DNA from: Psammoneis japonica
Taxonomy: Eukaryota
Length of the DNA stretch: 53,055 bases
NCBI GenBank assembly: GCA_008632985.1
Contig: QPGO01000238.1
Location: 62,001 to 115,055 of the forward strand
Reading direction: 5' to 3'
Shown: in pieces, positions 13,768 to 26,935 of the stretch
Layout: each line of letters starts with the position of its first letter
Numbering within the stretch: the stretch's first letter is position 1
Made by a program: the position numbers and the translations under genes
Notes under the pieces: generated by a model
What the model saw: only the letters and a program-made list of their open reading frames with translations
What the model was told of the DNA's origin: nothing
The model's database searches: none

Positions 13768-14539
13768 CGCTGTAGATCGCAGCACATGGTGTGCGCAGGG
13801 ATGCTGAGCTGACAACAACAACACATGCAGGCACGCATCTGGCATGCCTCTGCAGTCCACACTGTTTGTTTTCTGTTGTTTCTCCACAGAGTTGGTTCTC
13901 TGCATAAAAATGCTCAACATCACATGATGTGGAGGGGCGGTCGCTTTCATGACCAAACACTTGGCCAAACATCTTTGCTTCGCGCGCGCGCCAGCAACAT
14001 CGGGTGTGCCCTGTCAACTCCAATCTCCTTGGCACCCTTCTTTGTGCAAGTGGATCTGGAGGATTTGGCAGTGAGAGCCTGCCAAAATGCTGAAACAAGA
14101 TGTTAGCACCATGGCAGCTGACAATGTGCAGAGCGCAGACAAGGCAAGCAAGGGGCCGTGCAGCTGACTTGTGCCAAAGACGTGTTCCAGCTCTAGGTGG
14201 GGACCTCGCACTACTGAACTGTGACATAATTATTTTTTTATCATCCGTCGTATGTTTCGCACGTACATTTCTACGTGTTCTATTATAAAAAATTGTTCCA
14301 CACTGCCTGTTTTGCGAAGCCAAAGGCTTTCTGTTATCTGCACTTATGTCAATAAAAATGCGCTGGGTATATTCTTTAATGTCTAAAGAATATACCCGGG
14401 CATACTGTAAAGAATGTACTTCAAGTGTGGAGGAGGAGATACGTTCGCAAAATTGCCTCTTTTTCTGTTGGCGATCATTCATATATTCATTGCTTAATAA
14501 TTTTACTACGGAGCTCGCACGTAGAATTCTACGGGCCCA

Positions 14540-15660
14540 ATGTCACAAAAAGTCCCACCTAGGACTGGAACCCGTCCAAAGGGGTGCTGCCGGTGTTAAA
14601 GTGGGTGCCACTCAGCCTTCAAAGAAGCAATTTGTTGATGTTTTGCTTGATGATGAGCATGACAATTTGATTCTTTTGGAGCTGTTGACTGTCGCTGGTG
14701 CATGGCACTGCGTCATGATGATGTGAGCATGTGCTGGAGCCCACACCCCCCAGCAGCTGACACTGGGCACGCCCCCTTGGCATCTGCGCAAGTTGAATTG
14801 CTTGATTTCAAATTGAGGAGCAAGATCTCAGTTGGTGTGCACCAACCATGTGCATGTTTGCCCAAGGCCGGATTGAGCCCAGACAAGCCAGCAGTGTTGC
14901 TTGACGTGCTTTGTCACTCTTGAGCATTGACCCATCTGCGTGGGACCCACAGTTTGGACACTGAGCGCCTGGGATGCACAATTTTGAAACCAACCAGCTC
15001 TTTTGCAAAACTCTTGCTGACTCAAATGACAAGTCTGCAAAGTTTGCAAATGACTGTGCCCTGACTCAGATGCTGAGTGTGGCTCTTGACATGGGGGATC
15101 TGGTTGCTCATTGTGCGCACTTCTTGGTCATGGACCACGGTCACCCCACTTCTTGAAGGTGACATGCGCGGGGGATGGATTGCAGTGTTTGAGGTTCCTG
15201 TTGTGTCTTGGGGCAAAAACTCCCACACACTCACAGGATCGGCATCACATGAGTTGCAATGGAGAAATTGGGGGGTGCCCGCATGTCTTGTCACCTTTTC
15301 CTCTGTCACAAGTCACACAAAATGTGTGTTTTTGCGGTGCATGACACTGCTTGTTCTGTGAACTGTGAAGGCAAGGCACAGCAAGTCTCTTGTCTTGTTC
15401 ACACATGTTCTGATGTGATGCTTTCACAAATCACCGCATTGTCATTCTTGTTGGCAATGCGACGTTTAGCCCTGGGTTTGCGAGGGCCACTTCTGTTCGG
15501 AGGGCTGCAGCTCCACGGCCTTTGACGACTCCCTCACTGTTCCTCCGAAGAAACAAGCATGTTGTCTGTGTGACATGTTGCAATGCTGATTAGTGCCAAG
15601 TGAAGTCCACAACTGAACACTGAAACAGTCGGCTACTTTGGCATTTTCATTGAAAGTGCG
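14540..15660. mobile_element. TpA-depleted degenerate tract (13780-14200 is similar); origin unknown
   Basis: Near absence of TA with TG/CA excess, separated from the previous tract by a TA-rich island at about 14210-14535. Confidence 0.45.
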
Positions 15661-16110
15661 GTGAATCATAGCTTCGCTCGGGTCGTTTGGGATGCCTAAA
15701 ACACGTCGTTCGCTTGTTTTGTTTTATTCACTACACTGATTTAAACCATTTGATTGCTTCAGCGATAATGAAGCCTGTCTCCTTAACAGTGTCGCTCGGT
15801 TCTCTCGACCCTCGTCTAGCTGGCTCCCCCTGCCGTTTCGCCTAGACTACTTAGTGGCATTGTTTGGATCGTTTATGTCGCGACCTTTCATGCAAAACAA
15901 CACAGCGGAGTCTGACACACACAAAAAGAAACGAACCAACCAATAGACCATGCCAAATTGATTCACCAATTGGATGTTCTAGTTCGAGAACGGAAAAATG
16001 GTCCATGAGCATTATGATAGAAAAGCGCACTTAAGTAGGGCGTTTGCAACGAGACTTATTGAGGTGTACATTTTCTTCCAATCGCACCACAGATTGTATC
16101 TTCCAATAGC

Positions 16111-18857
16111 CTATGTTTTTGTCCACTTTCGCAAGGCATCGTCGATGTCGCTTTGATTAAAACTAGAAGGAGCAACCGACGCGGAGTCTGCTAGGGCACA
16201 TCTTCGGGTGGCGTCCAAGCACAGTGTGCGACAAAATCCTTCCACCTGAGCCCCGCTTGCGTTAGAGGCAGCGAGCGAGGCAGCAACATGTCGTATGGTT
16301 GACTCTCTGCTATCGCCAAGAGGAATGCGACGGAGATGAAGCTCGAGAATACCAACAATGTCTGTCTCTGTCGGAAGAGGCAAAAGCACGTGTTCTTCCA
16401 AGCGACCAGGACGTAGCAAAGCTGCGTCTAGTGCATCCAGACGATTTGTAGCCGCAACAACCAAAACTCCGTTATTGCCCGACGACACCCCGTCCATTTC
16501 ATTCAGAAACGTGGATAAGAGTCTTGAAGCGACGTCATTATCATCGTTTTCGCGGTTGGTAGCAATTGCATCTATTTCGTCAAAGAAAAGAATACAGGGT
16601 GCAGCTGATCTTGCTCGTGCAAAAAGGGATCGCACGGCTGCCTCCGAACCACCCAGCCACTGATCTAACACCTGGGACGCCCGTACCTACGCAAAGACAA
16701 ATAAGATGCGTGGATAGCAAGCACATAAGGATAAGATAAACGCGAAGACTCGTTAACAGATCTTTGCGCATGTTCAATTACCTTGACAAACGGAAGACCA
16801 AGCGACACCGCTAGACAACCAGCTGCTAGCGTTTTTCCCGTGCCAGAAGGGCCGTGAAACAACACACCGGCAGGAGGCGCAACTCCCATTGGAATTCCAT
16901 TACTATTTCCAGCGCCATCAAAATCAGTGCTTCTTTGACGACCTAATGACGAAACGTAGTGTCGCCAAGGAGCAACGACCGTCCGATACACCCGCTTCTT
17001 CGTTTCATCGTAGCCGCCAAGCTTGTGGTCCCAACTCCAATGATGAATCGCTCTGTAATCATTACTGTCCACTAGATGATCTGGTAAGGGTGGTGATTTC
17101 ATGACGTCCAACTCGGCAAGCTGGGATGGAACAAGAGATTGTGCAGCTTTTCTCAAATCGCTCCACGTAATGTTTGGCATTGCAATGCGATTGTAAAATG
17201 TTGGGGACGTCGGATCTAGTATCCCTTGTCCATCATTCATGTCATCAAGGCTGCTTTCGCTTCTTTGTCTGCGCGCCCATGCATGAGTGGACGCATCCAT
17301 ACACAGTCGAACAAGATCCGCCGCCACACAACCACTCGTGAGTGGACCCAAAGCCAGAGCCCATTTCTCAAACACCACTTCATCTTCTTCTTGCAGTGGT
17401 GATGGATGTGTTTGCCATAACAGCTTTTTCAAAATGCATTCGCGCTGCCACTGCGTTGGGGTCATCATGGTGACTGTCTTTTCTAGGCAACCCACACTAA
17501 GCAACTCCTTTGGTAAGCAACCAACGTCGCGGCACATCCCAAGCACATTGCAAAAAGCACCTTGCTGTACCAAGCGGTCAATTGTAGCAAGAACGGCATT
17601 CTTTGTAAGCATGAGCTCGTAATCATGAGCTTGTTGCGAAGTATCGCCATCTGCATTACCCAAAACGTCCAAATCATCGAGAATGACAATGATGCGTTGT
17701 TCAACGTTTGCAATCCGTGAAGGTAGCAAGAGCTGCATCAAGTCGGCTTGCGTTGCCCAAGACGCTTGAAGCAAGACGTCGTGAACCGAAATGTTGTGAA
17801 TCGCAATGCCGCTTTGTTTGAAATAGGCTAAAGACGTCAAACAAGAAGCCTGTGAAACATTTGGCAGGCATACATGTATGGTTAACCAGGACTGAACAGG
17901 AGTATCTCCAGAACTTGAAAAAAAGACATGTACGTACCATTTTCGTCTTTCCAACTCCCGCGCATCCAGTCAAGACTATCCCCGTAGGCACCGCTTTGCC
18001 CCTGAGCTGAAATAAGGAATGAATATGTTCCTGCAAGTGTTTGTACCCGGGACAATAATCAGCATCCATTGACTCGAGGTTTTCTATCCCATTATCAACA
18101 TCTTCTCCCCATCTGATGTTAAGGTTGCTTTCATCGAGTGTAATTGAAATCTCGTGGTCTATATCGATTTGCTGATAGGTCCTGGATCCTGAGCTTGACG
18201 AAAAAGGCTCATGCTCCTCATCGGAGGATATCTTTACCAGAAAAAGGCAATCGCCAAGCACCACAACAGTGTTGGAATCTGAAACAACTCGTCCTTCCAG
18301 CGCTCTCCTTATCCAATATTCGATTTCTTGGTTTTCATTAGTGCCATCTAAATCTCGACAAATTGTACAAGAGACAGGTTCAATTTGCTCGTTACGGTCG
18401 ATACTACAACGTTGCGAGGAAGAACTTGCACAACCCATCCGGATGACATGTGAGGGTAGTCCTGGTCTATTTCTGATGCCGCCACTGACGCAACGGAGAC
18501 AAGATTAAAACTTTCATCGTAGTTGTAATAATCCTCCTCTTTTTCTTGTAGATGTTGTTGTTGTTCTTCTTCTTCCATGGACTGCAGTGCACGAACCAAA
18601 AACTCGTAGAGCAACGGATGCAAGCGAAGCAGTACGTTCTTCTTCTTCTCCTTAAATGCATCCTGACCTTCACGCTTTTGGCATGGATCAGTCCATACTT
18701 CATCATCATCTTTTGTAGGAATAAGTTGTACAATTGCTGTCGTTAATTCAGAAGGGTGTTGTGATTGCAAACAAATCATATCAAATGGTTCCGCATTCAA
18801 TTCTTTCAAGGCCTGAAACGAAACGAGCGCATCGTTTGGGTTGCTCATTTCCGTCAT
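16111..18857 (-). CDS. Two-module AAA+ ATPase (CDC48/AFG2/PEX-like)
   Basis: Walker A motifs GCAGVGKT and GPSGTGKT, Walker B ILFFDEID, SRH motif VVAATNRLDALDAALLRPGRLE; introns at about 17937-17850 and 16781-16687; one unresolved frame change near 18350-18440. Confidence 0.88.
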
Positions 18858-19303
18858 CCCTTGTTGATTGCAATTCTCAATTTTCCACCACTCAACTCAT
18901 ACTCTCTATTTTCTGTGAATGCAACAAGAAGAATCCCACACCTGAAACAGTGCCGCTATCCGCCGTAGTTCGGACATCATTGTGCTTGCATGCTTTCGGA
19001 TTTTTGATTTTTCTGCGAATATCGTACGATGTACAGACGGTTCTATCGGACGCGCACGGCCACGCACGCACGAGCGAGCGCGAGGGCGGTGGTTTTCGCG
19101 CTTTTTCGGTCACATTTTTTGGCGGTGAAAGGAAAAAATGCAACTTTGTTCGACCACCGCCATCCGTTGCCAGAGGAATTCTCATTTGTGTCAAGCCAAC
19201 GCTTTCGGCAGATCCCAACTTCTCTTAGATTCGCTGGAGATACACAGCGTTTTGTCGTTATCGATCCGATTGCTGTACATCATCTACTGCCACCTGATGC
19301 GCA

Positions 19304-21153
19304 ATGACCAAGATTTCCAGGAGGCGCCGATGGGCATCCGCCATGACATTGCAAAATCTATGTTTTTCTGATGAAAGACAAGCAACAAAAAGGAAAGGGC
19401 CATCAGTGTCGTTTCTCGGATTGTTGACAATGCTACTATTTTTGGGTATGCATTCGAGACAAGGCAAACAACTAGAAATGCTCAAAGAAGAAAAGACTGT
19501 TGGTGGGAACAAGATTTCCCTCCCAGAGGCTAAAACACAATCTTCATCACTGCGGCATGACCGGCAAGATGCAGCAGGCGCAGATCAAGGTAAAGCCAAG
19601 GTGGAACGAATCGTTCATGAAACTCCGACGGAGCCTTCTCTATCTGTTGCAGGATTAGAATCCCAAGGCGCAACGGAGGATCACGAGCCTGGAAATGTAC
19701 CAGCCGTCACAGCAGACACCAATCAAGGGGAAGGTGCAACCAAGGTGGAACAGATTGTTCATGAGACTGCAACGGAGACTTCTCTCTCGGTTGAGGCAAC
19801 AGAATCCCACGGTGCAACGCTGCATCACAAGCCGGAGAAAGCAGAAGACGATCCTCTAGATGAAACCGAGGCGGATGAATTAGAAGTATACTATCTTTGG
19901 GGTAAGACGGAATATCGCTGGAAGAGGCCGTATCATGATTATGACACACATGAGGACATTGAGTTTGAAACCCCACGGAGAGTACGACTCGATAATGACA
20001 CCACGTGGGTTCTTCCCGACACATTACTTCACCCAACTCGTAATCATGATTCTGTTCTTGTGGAAAACAAGCAAAAGCAGCTTCTTATTAATGTCTTGGG
20101 AAGACACAGTCGGTACGTCCAAGCGATGGACTTGAGGACTGGAAAGCAATGGGCACAAACTACACCTGGTAACGACCCAAAAGGATTCCCATTGAACAAC
20201 CTTAATCACGTGTATACGGTTCTTGTCGACAGTTTGAAGGTGACGGAAAGGATCTATGGTTGCCGTGCGGGTTCAACGGCGATGAAGTCAATGAAGAAAA
20301 GAGCATTCAATATGCTCGCATACTAGATCTCAAGACCCTAAAAATACGATTGGGTCCAAAGCTTCCATATCCTGGCGGAGCCTGTGTCGCTCAAGCTCTT
20401 GAGATTATACCAAACGAACCGCCCATGATTTGCACCTTTGGAGGCACGGTGGATAGTCACGAGTCGGGGGAATTCATACCATACTCCACTTGTTACGATC
20501 GTGTGCGTAAGAAATGGTGGTTTCCTTTTGGAAAGTTACCATTGGCTTTTGATCACGGAAGTATTTCCTATGTGCCTTCCAACACCTGTAATCCTGGAGA
20601 CCCTGCAAGGCTACTGATTCTCAATTTTCGCACCGAGTCATACGGCACACAAAGAGGGGAAATAATGGCCTTTGACCTCCCTTCAGAGGGATGGAGCCTT
20701 GAAGACATTGCAGCAAAGAAGAAAGGAGATCCCGGCAACTGGTATATTTACCAAAATGTAACTTACAGTGGTCCAGATGACGTTGTTAATTGCCCTCGAG
20801 ATGCGAGTGGAACTGTGACAGCGAATAATGGAAGAAATATTCTCAATTACGGTGGCGTCTACTATCATTGGACCACTGGTGAGCGTGACTGGCAACGCTT
20901 TTCGGTTGTGCGATCCTTTGATGTTTGTACAAAGCAGTGGTCGGCTGTTGGTGATATCGGTGTACAAACCTTTGCTCTCCAGACAGTGGCCAGCCAAGAG
21001 CTGCAAATTAGTATAACATGCGGTGGTTTGAGCCATTGGTACGTGAGACACAACGAGACCGAGAACAGTCCATGGTGCATCGTGAACCGTCTCGGGAAAC
21101 ATGGCACTTTTCAGAATCGGCACGGCAAACCAGCTTTTGGAGATTGGTTCTGA
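19304..21153 (+). CDS. Type II membrane protein with a Kelch-like beta-propeller; one frameshift near 20236
   Basis: N-terminal TM segment (VSFLGLLTMLLFLGM), duplicated ~37-aa acidic linker, Kelch-like blades (LGPKLPYPGG, CYDRVRKKWW, RSFDVCTKQWSAVG). ORFs 19304-20326 and 20260-21153 join if one base is added near 20236. Confidence 0.7.
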
Positions 21154-21664
21154 ACTGAAATTTGCGTTCACTCGATGCCCGTTGATAACCTTGCTTTGGT
21201 TTTTGGGTGTAGTGCGATTGAGAATTGACACTACTAATGATATCCAGTGCACAAATAAAATAGAAAAGATTGAATCTTGGATACGGCCACAAAAACTGGT
21301 CCTCGCGGGCAATGCGTTCGATTTGGACTTTGGACCTTGTCCGAATCCAAACCAGAGAGAATTGATGAAACATAGGATTCCGAACATCATAGCGAAAAAA
21401 ATCCCAGAAACACGTGCGTATCCTGTCGAAAAGGTCAAAGAGAACTTGGTTACTAAGCGTTAAGCCGCCGCATTTACGAGAAATGACGTACTTGATTGTT
21501 CAGACTTGATTGTCAGCGAGTGCGGAAAGATTGTCTGGTATACTTTTCTTGGCGGACTCATTTTTTACTACCAAATGCATGAGGGCCATATAACTCCAAC
21601 CATGAAATTGCTTGACGAGGATCCACCCACCACCCAAAGTCGCGAAGAGACTTGTGCAGTAGGT

Positions 21665-23037
21665 TCATTTCGTTCCTAATAGCGACAAGACGGTCACACC
21701 TGCAACGGCCAATGCGGCGCCAAAGAAACTTCTGTAACTAGGCCTTTCCTTTTGAATAAGCCATACAAGTGGCAATGCATAAAGCGGCCCAACTGAACCC
21801 AGTGTTAGCGCCAATGCAAGTGCAATTTGAAATAGCGCATAGTTGCTCAGGGCGGGACATAAAAACGTCACAAACAACACTCCCAGAGACACCTTCATCC
21901 AATTGCGACGTTTCATGGTTGGAAGCAAATACCATCTATCACTTTTCTTTTCGCAAGAGTGATTGACGCTTCCACATTCAGTCATTTCCCTGTCTTTATT
22001 GTGATTGAGAGTGTCGTTCTTCTTCCCTTGACAGTAGCTCCTTATTTGAAGGATGGCTGACAAAGATAGCATGGAGGCACCCGCAAATCCAAAACGCTAT
22101 GTGATTGACAAAGGAAAAAGGAGAATTAGCGACACAAAAAGAGAAACAACAAAACTCTCCATCCGAACCCTCGACTGTTTCTCACTATTAAACTGATTTC
22201 CCATGTAGTCATGCCCTGTCCATATTCTTTGGTCAATAGTGAACCAAACGTGTCTAGTAGCACGTTGAGAAAAGCCATGCTATAGCCAAGTCTGTATCGT
22301 CGACGACGTGATTTCTTGTGCCCGTCATCGCCGTCGTTCTGACTTGCATTGCACTGATCCAACTCTCGCGTTTCGTCTATCGACTGGGATACATTTGCAA
22401 GAGACGAGGAACCCGTAACGTCTGTTGTGCCTGTTTCTTTATTCTCAGCAGACGACGCACCATCTTCTGAAACAATTTCAATGCACAAGTCACTGTCATC
22501 GGCTCCTTTTTTCTGTTCCGTTTCACCCTTTGAATTTTCTTGGCTTTCAATCGAGCTACTTCCTTCACTGTTAGATTCTTCCGTTCCTCGTTCTTTCTCC
22601 AAACTGACAACCAAGACACCAATTACCGTGAGCGCCATGCCTCCAAACGCGGCGGGTGGCAAAGCTTCTCCTAGAATTGTCCAACCAAACAACGCTGCCA
22701 GGAATGGTTTGCAAGTATCGACCACAATCACACGAGTTGCTCCAATCAACCGTAAGCCCTCCAACCAGGTCCAGTCTCCAATAAGGATACCAATGACACT
22801 CGAGAAAATGAGGAAACCAACATTTTGCGCCGTAAAAATATCGGAAGGGAACAGAGGCTCATTCCGAACGACTCGTGTCATTATGCTAAACAGCAGGAAA
22901 CCAAAGGATGCCACTGTACACTTGTACATGTTGAGAGCAAATGCGCTGCCTTTCCAGAAGCTATCCCAAATGACAAACCCCAACGTCATGGCAAGAGGTG
23001 CAGCGAGGGCCGCGAGAATGCCCGTGGTTGCCGACAT
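21665..23037 (-). CDS. DMT/EamA-family transporter
   Basis: Multiple TM helices in two EamA-like halves (GWTILGEAL...GMALTVIGVLVVS; WLIQKERPSYRSFFGAALAVAGV); intron about 22185-22097. Confidence 0.88.
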
Positions 23038-23419
23038 TTTTTCGGCAAATAACAGGGGCGAAACACTCTAGAAGATCTCAATCAGTTTTTGGCTTTCTAA
23101 CTTCTCGGTTTCATTGATACTTCTGTCTCACACCGGTATTGAGTATGCATCGCTCTGTCCTTTCATTGCTCATTGCGTTTTGGAGTTCTGAGTCAGAGCT
23201 TGCAGGTTTCAGGTGTCAGGGTCAGAGAGTTTCGCGTGCACGTGCGCGAAATTCGGACAAGTGGACGGACGGAATCGGGCTTCTGTCAATAAATAAATCA
23301 AGCAATCCAAATCATGCATTGTCGGTCGGAGAATTCAATTTCGCGCACCGAAAGCAAGTGTCATTCTCTCGACAACATTGGACGATGTTGACGACGCTGG
23401 GTGCGAAGATCTACGTCGT

Positions 23420-24880
23420 GCATCACCGCTTGAGAGGAGCCTGCATCAACACTGTGTTGCTCTGGTGTTGTCAGGAGCAGAGCTCTCAATCAGCCTGAAG
23501 CCCCCCCCCCCCCCCCCCGAGGCTCCAGGCTTGTTCGTCACTGTGTCTGCCTCACACTTGTGCTGAGCTCAAGTCAGTGAATCATGGCTCTGCTCTCTTG
23601 TTGGCTTTTTTTTTTTTAACTTGCCTTGTTGAAATTTGCCATCATGTGGAGTCAACTCTCGTGTTGCTCATTTGAAGGCAACTGGTCAATTGCAAGATGA
23701 AAAAAAGAAGGATTTTGCATGGGCATCACAACTCTGTGCTCGCATTTGCTGTCAGCCACACAACCCAGTTGTGCCGCACTTTTGTTTCATTGTCTCACTT
23801 GTTTTCTTTGATGCACCCATCTTCATTGCTCATGTGCAAGGAGGCACTTGAGTTGGCACGAACAACAATGGCTGACAGTTTGGTGTTGGTGTGGGTGCCA
23901 TTTTGTTGAGACCGAATTTCTTCATCATTGCAAAGCAGCACTGTGGCGTGCCCTGCACTTGGTTTGAATCAAACGAGCATCCAAAAATCATGCAAACAAC
24001 AACTCTGAACATGATGGCACACACATCTGTGTTGTCTCTCTGTGGCAAGTGATGCTCTTGTGAATGAGTTGAGCTGATGTGAAGTTGATGCAGCAATCAT
24101 TGACAATGCTCTCAATCAACTGACACACAATTTTGCCACAAAATGTTTTTCCCTGTGTTGTGGAGCACACCATGGTTTCACATTTCATTTGTGTGGTCAC
24201 TCTTGATTTTGTTTGGTGCATGAATGTCCGGCTCACATTGTGATTTGTGCAGCACTGGACCCTGCTGAATGAAAACAGAGAGAGTTGTTCTGCAGCAAGG
24301 CAGAACTCTTGTTTTTGTTGTGCTGGCAAGGCTGTCAGCTTCACAACTCACACTGGCCCCTGCTGAACAAAAAAAAGAGTGCTCAAGTTTTCAACCCATC
24401 TTTTGGTCAAGCAGATTGTGAATCAAAACAAGCACCCAAGAAACCATGCAAGCAACAACACATTGACCGCAGGTTGGTGTTGGCACATGCTGCACACAAT
24501 CAACTCCAGCCAGATGAAAGAGAGCACACCATTCAGTGCTCTGGAGAAACACACACATTGTTGGAAGTGCACCTTCCTGCCTTTGGCTTGTCCAAAGAGT
24601 GCTGAGATGCAAGGCACTCCATGGCTTTTGCATGTCATCATGTGTGCTTTGGTTGTGAGCGACCAGCTCGAGGCGGTCACGGGAGAATTGCTCGCCTCAG
24701 ATCCACACACAATTGCACTCCAAGAGTGTCCTTCTGCAGATTGGGCCTCACAAGCAGCAGCTTTGGTGGATGACTGTGTTTTGATTGGATTTGCAGCTTT
24801 GCATGCGGGTCATGTCGCATTGTTGGTCAAGAAGGAGCTCATTTTGGAACAAGAGCGTCGAGTTTGTCACGGTGACGAGG
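23420..24880. mobile_element. TpA/CpG-depleted tract beginning near a C18 run (23501-23518)
   Basis: Almost no TA over about 1.4 kb; TG/CA excess. Confidence 0.45.
24655..24860 (+). pseudogene. Endonuclease/exonuclease/phosphatase (EEP) domain fragment, hypermutated
   Basis: QLEAVTGELLASDPHTIALQECPSADW resembles the EEP 'PDIIxLQE' motif; downstream DDCVLIG and AGHVALL are consistent with Tyr-to-Cys/His changes. Confidence 0.55.
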
Positions 24881-25684
24881 TGATTTTGAACAAGACTATA
24901 ACCGAAATCAACAGTACTTGAGATTCGTCCCATGAGGTTCACATTCATATACATTTTGACAAGGGGTCTGCAGTGGCGGACATTACAAACACGAGTACAT
25001 TGATGGTGGAGCCTACCGGTTCTGAATCTTGTCGGCTTATTGGTACCTTTGCGATTGCCTCTTCTTCCATAATGGATCAAGTTATTAGGGTGTTTTGGAA
25101 TGAAATCAGCAAAAAGGGCTTTTCAAGAAGAACTACAAGATTATGAAAAAGAATCTTTGAAACGATACCAAAAGGAATCATCATCAAGTACTGAATCATC
25201 TGGTGGATAGGTTACGTACCTCCTATACGTAGATATCAGTTGTCTTTCGTGTAACAATGCTACAGGAGTATCTTACAGAAAAGATAGTGCGTAACGGAAA
25301 CCAACACAGAGGAGAGAACAATGCTTTCACCGACACGTCTCAGGGAGGCAAATAACAAACTACTTGATCTCACATGAGTCCCGAAAGTTGAACCGTCAGC
25401 CGTACGGTGTCATTGGAAAGTATTCATCGTGGAAAACTATCTGCAGTGCAGAAATATTAATGATCAGCCCTTTCTAACTTTCCAATAAGTCATCTGGGTG
25501 TTGGCGAGTCCTGCGCTCTCCCTCGATCCCTGCTAATCACGACATCACGACTTTTTATGTTTGTTGGTCTTATATTACTATCTTACATGTTCTAATCCCC
25601 CAGCTTGTCTACTGCATCAGCAAAATGGTAGGTATCTGAAGCTTCACAAGTCAAGCACTGCTCGAGCCTACGCTTTGCTGAAGC

Positions 25685-26935
25685 TTACTTGCTATTGGTG
25701 CGCATTCTCTTGCCACGTGGGGAGACTACATCTGCTTCCTCCTTCGATTGATGGCGCGTGAGACGCCGAGCCTCCTTCATCACTTCACGAGCTCGCTTTC
25801 GACTTCCTTGACGTTCCTCGTGAGCCTGCTTTCGAAGACCGTCGAGGCGTGTAACCAGTGAAGAAAGCGATTCGATTTCCTTCTCGGAGGACTCGCAAAG
25901 AGTCCTCCCAAGATCTTGATTCTGTTCTTTTAGATCGTTCACAAGCTTGGCAAGCTCTTCAATCCGCTCCTTGACCGAATCCGAGAGAGATGCAGTACTT
26001 TCTTCATCAGCGGCGGCTACATCAACGTTGACCTCCATATTGAGAAGCTCTGCCAAATTCTCTGGCGCATTCTCCACCAAACGATCAAGATTCTCCGTGA
26101 CTGAATCGGATATCGAAAAAGAATTTTGGTCATCTGAGGAGCTGTTGTCAACATTTCCCGTACTTGAGGATGTTGACGTACTAGGTGAGCTGATGACGGG
26201 AGAGGCTGGTTGATCAAGACCCTCTGCTTTAAGCCTATTTGCATTGCGTTGCTTTCGACTCGCTTGGAGCTCCTCGTACGCATCATCTCGAACGATGGAA
26301 AGGCCATCAATTATGCCAGCACGGTCCTCGATGTCCTTCTCAAACGCATCGCCAATAAGCGTCTGTAACTCCTGGTTCTTGTCCTCAAGTTCCTGCTTTT
26401 GTGCTGCAAGATCCTGATTTCGTGCTTCAAGTTTATTGTGCTTGTCTCCAAGTTCCTTGTTTCGTGCTTCAAGTTTATGGTTCTTGTCTCCAAGTCCCTT
26501 GTTTCGTGCTTCAAGTTTATGGTTCTTGTCTCCAAGTTCCTTTGTTCGTGCTTCAAGCTTATGGTTCTTGTCTTCAAGTTCCTGCTTACGTGCTTCAAGA
26601 TCCTGCTTCTTGTCTTCGAGTTCCTGGTTTTTTTCTCCGAGTTCTTGGCTTTGTGCTCGTAGTTCCCGGTTCTGTGCTCGCTGTTCCAGCAGCTCTTCTT
26701 CGAGTTCTTTGATGTAGACTTTACTGTCGTGGGCTTCTTCCTTGAAGTGATCAGCATCCATCAAACGAAAGCGATGACACATATTGGCTGAGAGTTGATC
26801 ATGAAATGAAACCTGTAGCTCTCTAGGGAGACGTGCGAGGAGCGTTTTGCAGCGTTCGACGCACTGAGTGTGCTTCTCGTCATCGCATAAATCGACCTTT
26901 TGGAGCTCGGCAATCATCTGCGAGGCCTCTGTCAT
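25685..26935 (-). CDS. Coiled-coil protein with 14-aa tandem repeats, function unknown (416 aa)
   Basis: Intact ATG-initiated ORF; repeated ELGDKNHKLEARNK heptad pairs; basic C-terminus (PRGKRMR, NLS-like). Confidence 0.7.
   Translation of the reverse strand: MTEASQMIAELQKVDLCDDEKHTQCVERCKTLLARLPRELQVSFHDQLSANMCHRFRLMDADHFKEEAHDSKVYIKELEEELLEQRAQNRELRAQSQELGEKNQELEDKKQDLEARKQELEDKNHKLEARTKELGDKNHKLEARNKGLGDKNHKLEARNKELGDKHNKLEARNQDLAAQKQELEDKNQELQTLIGDAFEKDIEDRAGIIDGLSIVRDDAYEELQASRKQRNANRLKAEGLDQPASPVISSPSTSTSSSTGNVDNSSSDDQNSFSISDSVTENLDRLVENAPENLAELLNMEVNVDVAAADEESTASLSDSVKERIEELAKLVNDLKEQNQDLGRTLCESSEKEIESLSSLVTRLDGLRKQAHEERQGSRKRAREVMKEARRLTRHQSKEEADVVSPRGKRMRTNSK
26370..26650. repeat. 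42-bp coding tandem repeat
   Basis: Repeated unit ttcgtgcttcaagtttatggttcttgtctccaagt(t/c)ccttgt inside the coiled-coil ORF. Confidence 0.9.

Noticed and set aside
20236..20255. Programmed frameshift or micro-intron in the Kelch-like gene
   Set aside because: The only GT-AG option is 11 nt and there is no slippery heptamer; a sequencing indel is simpler.
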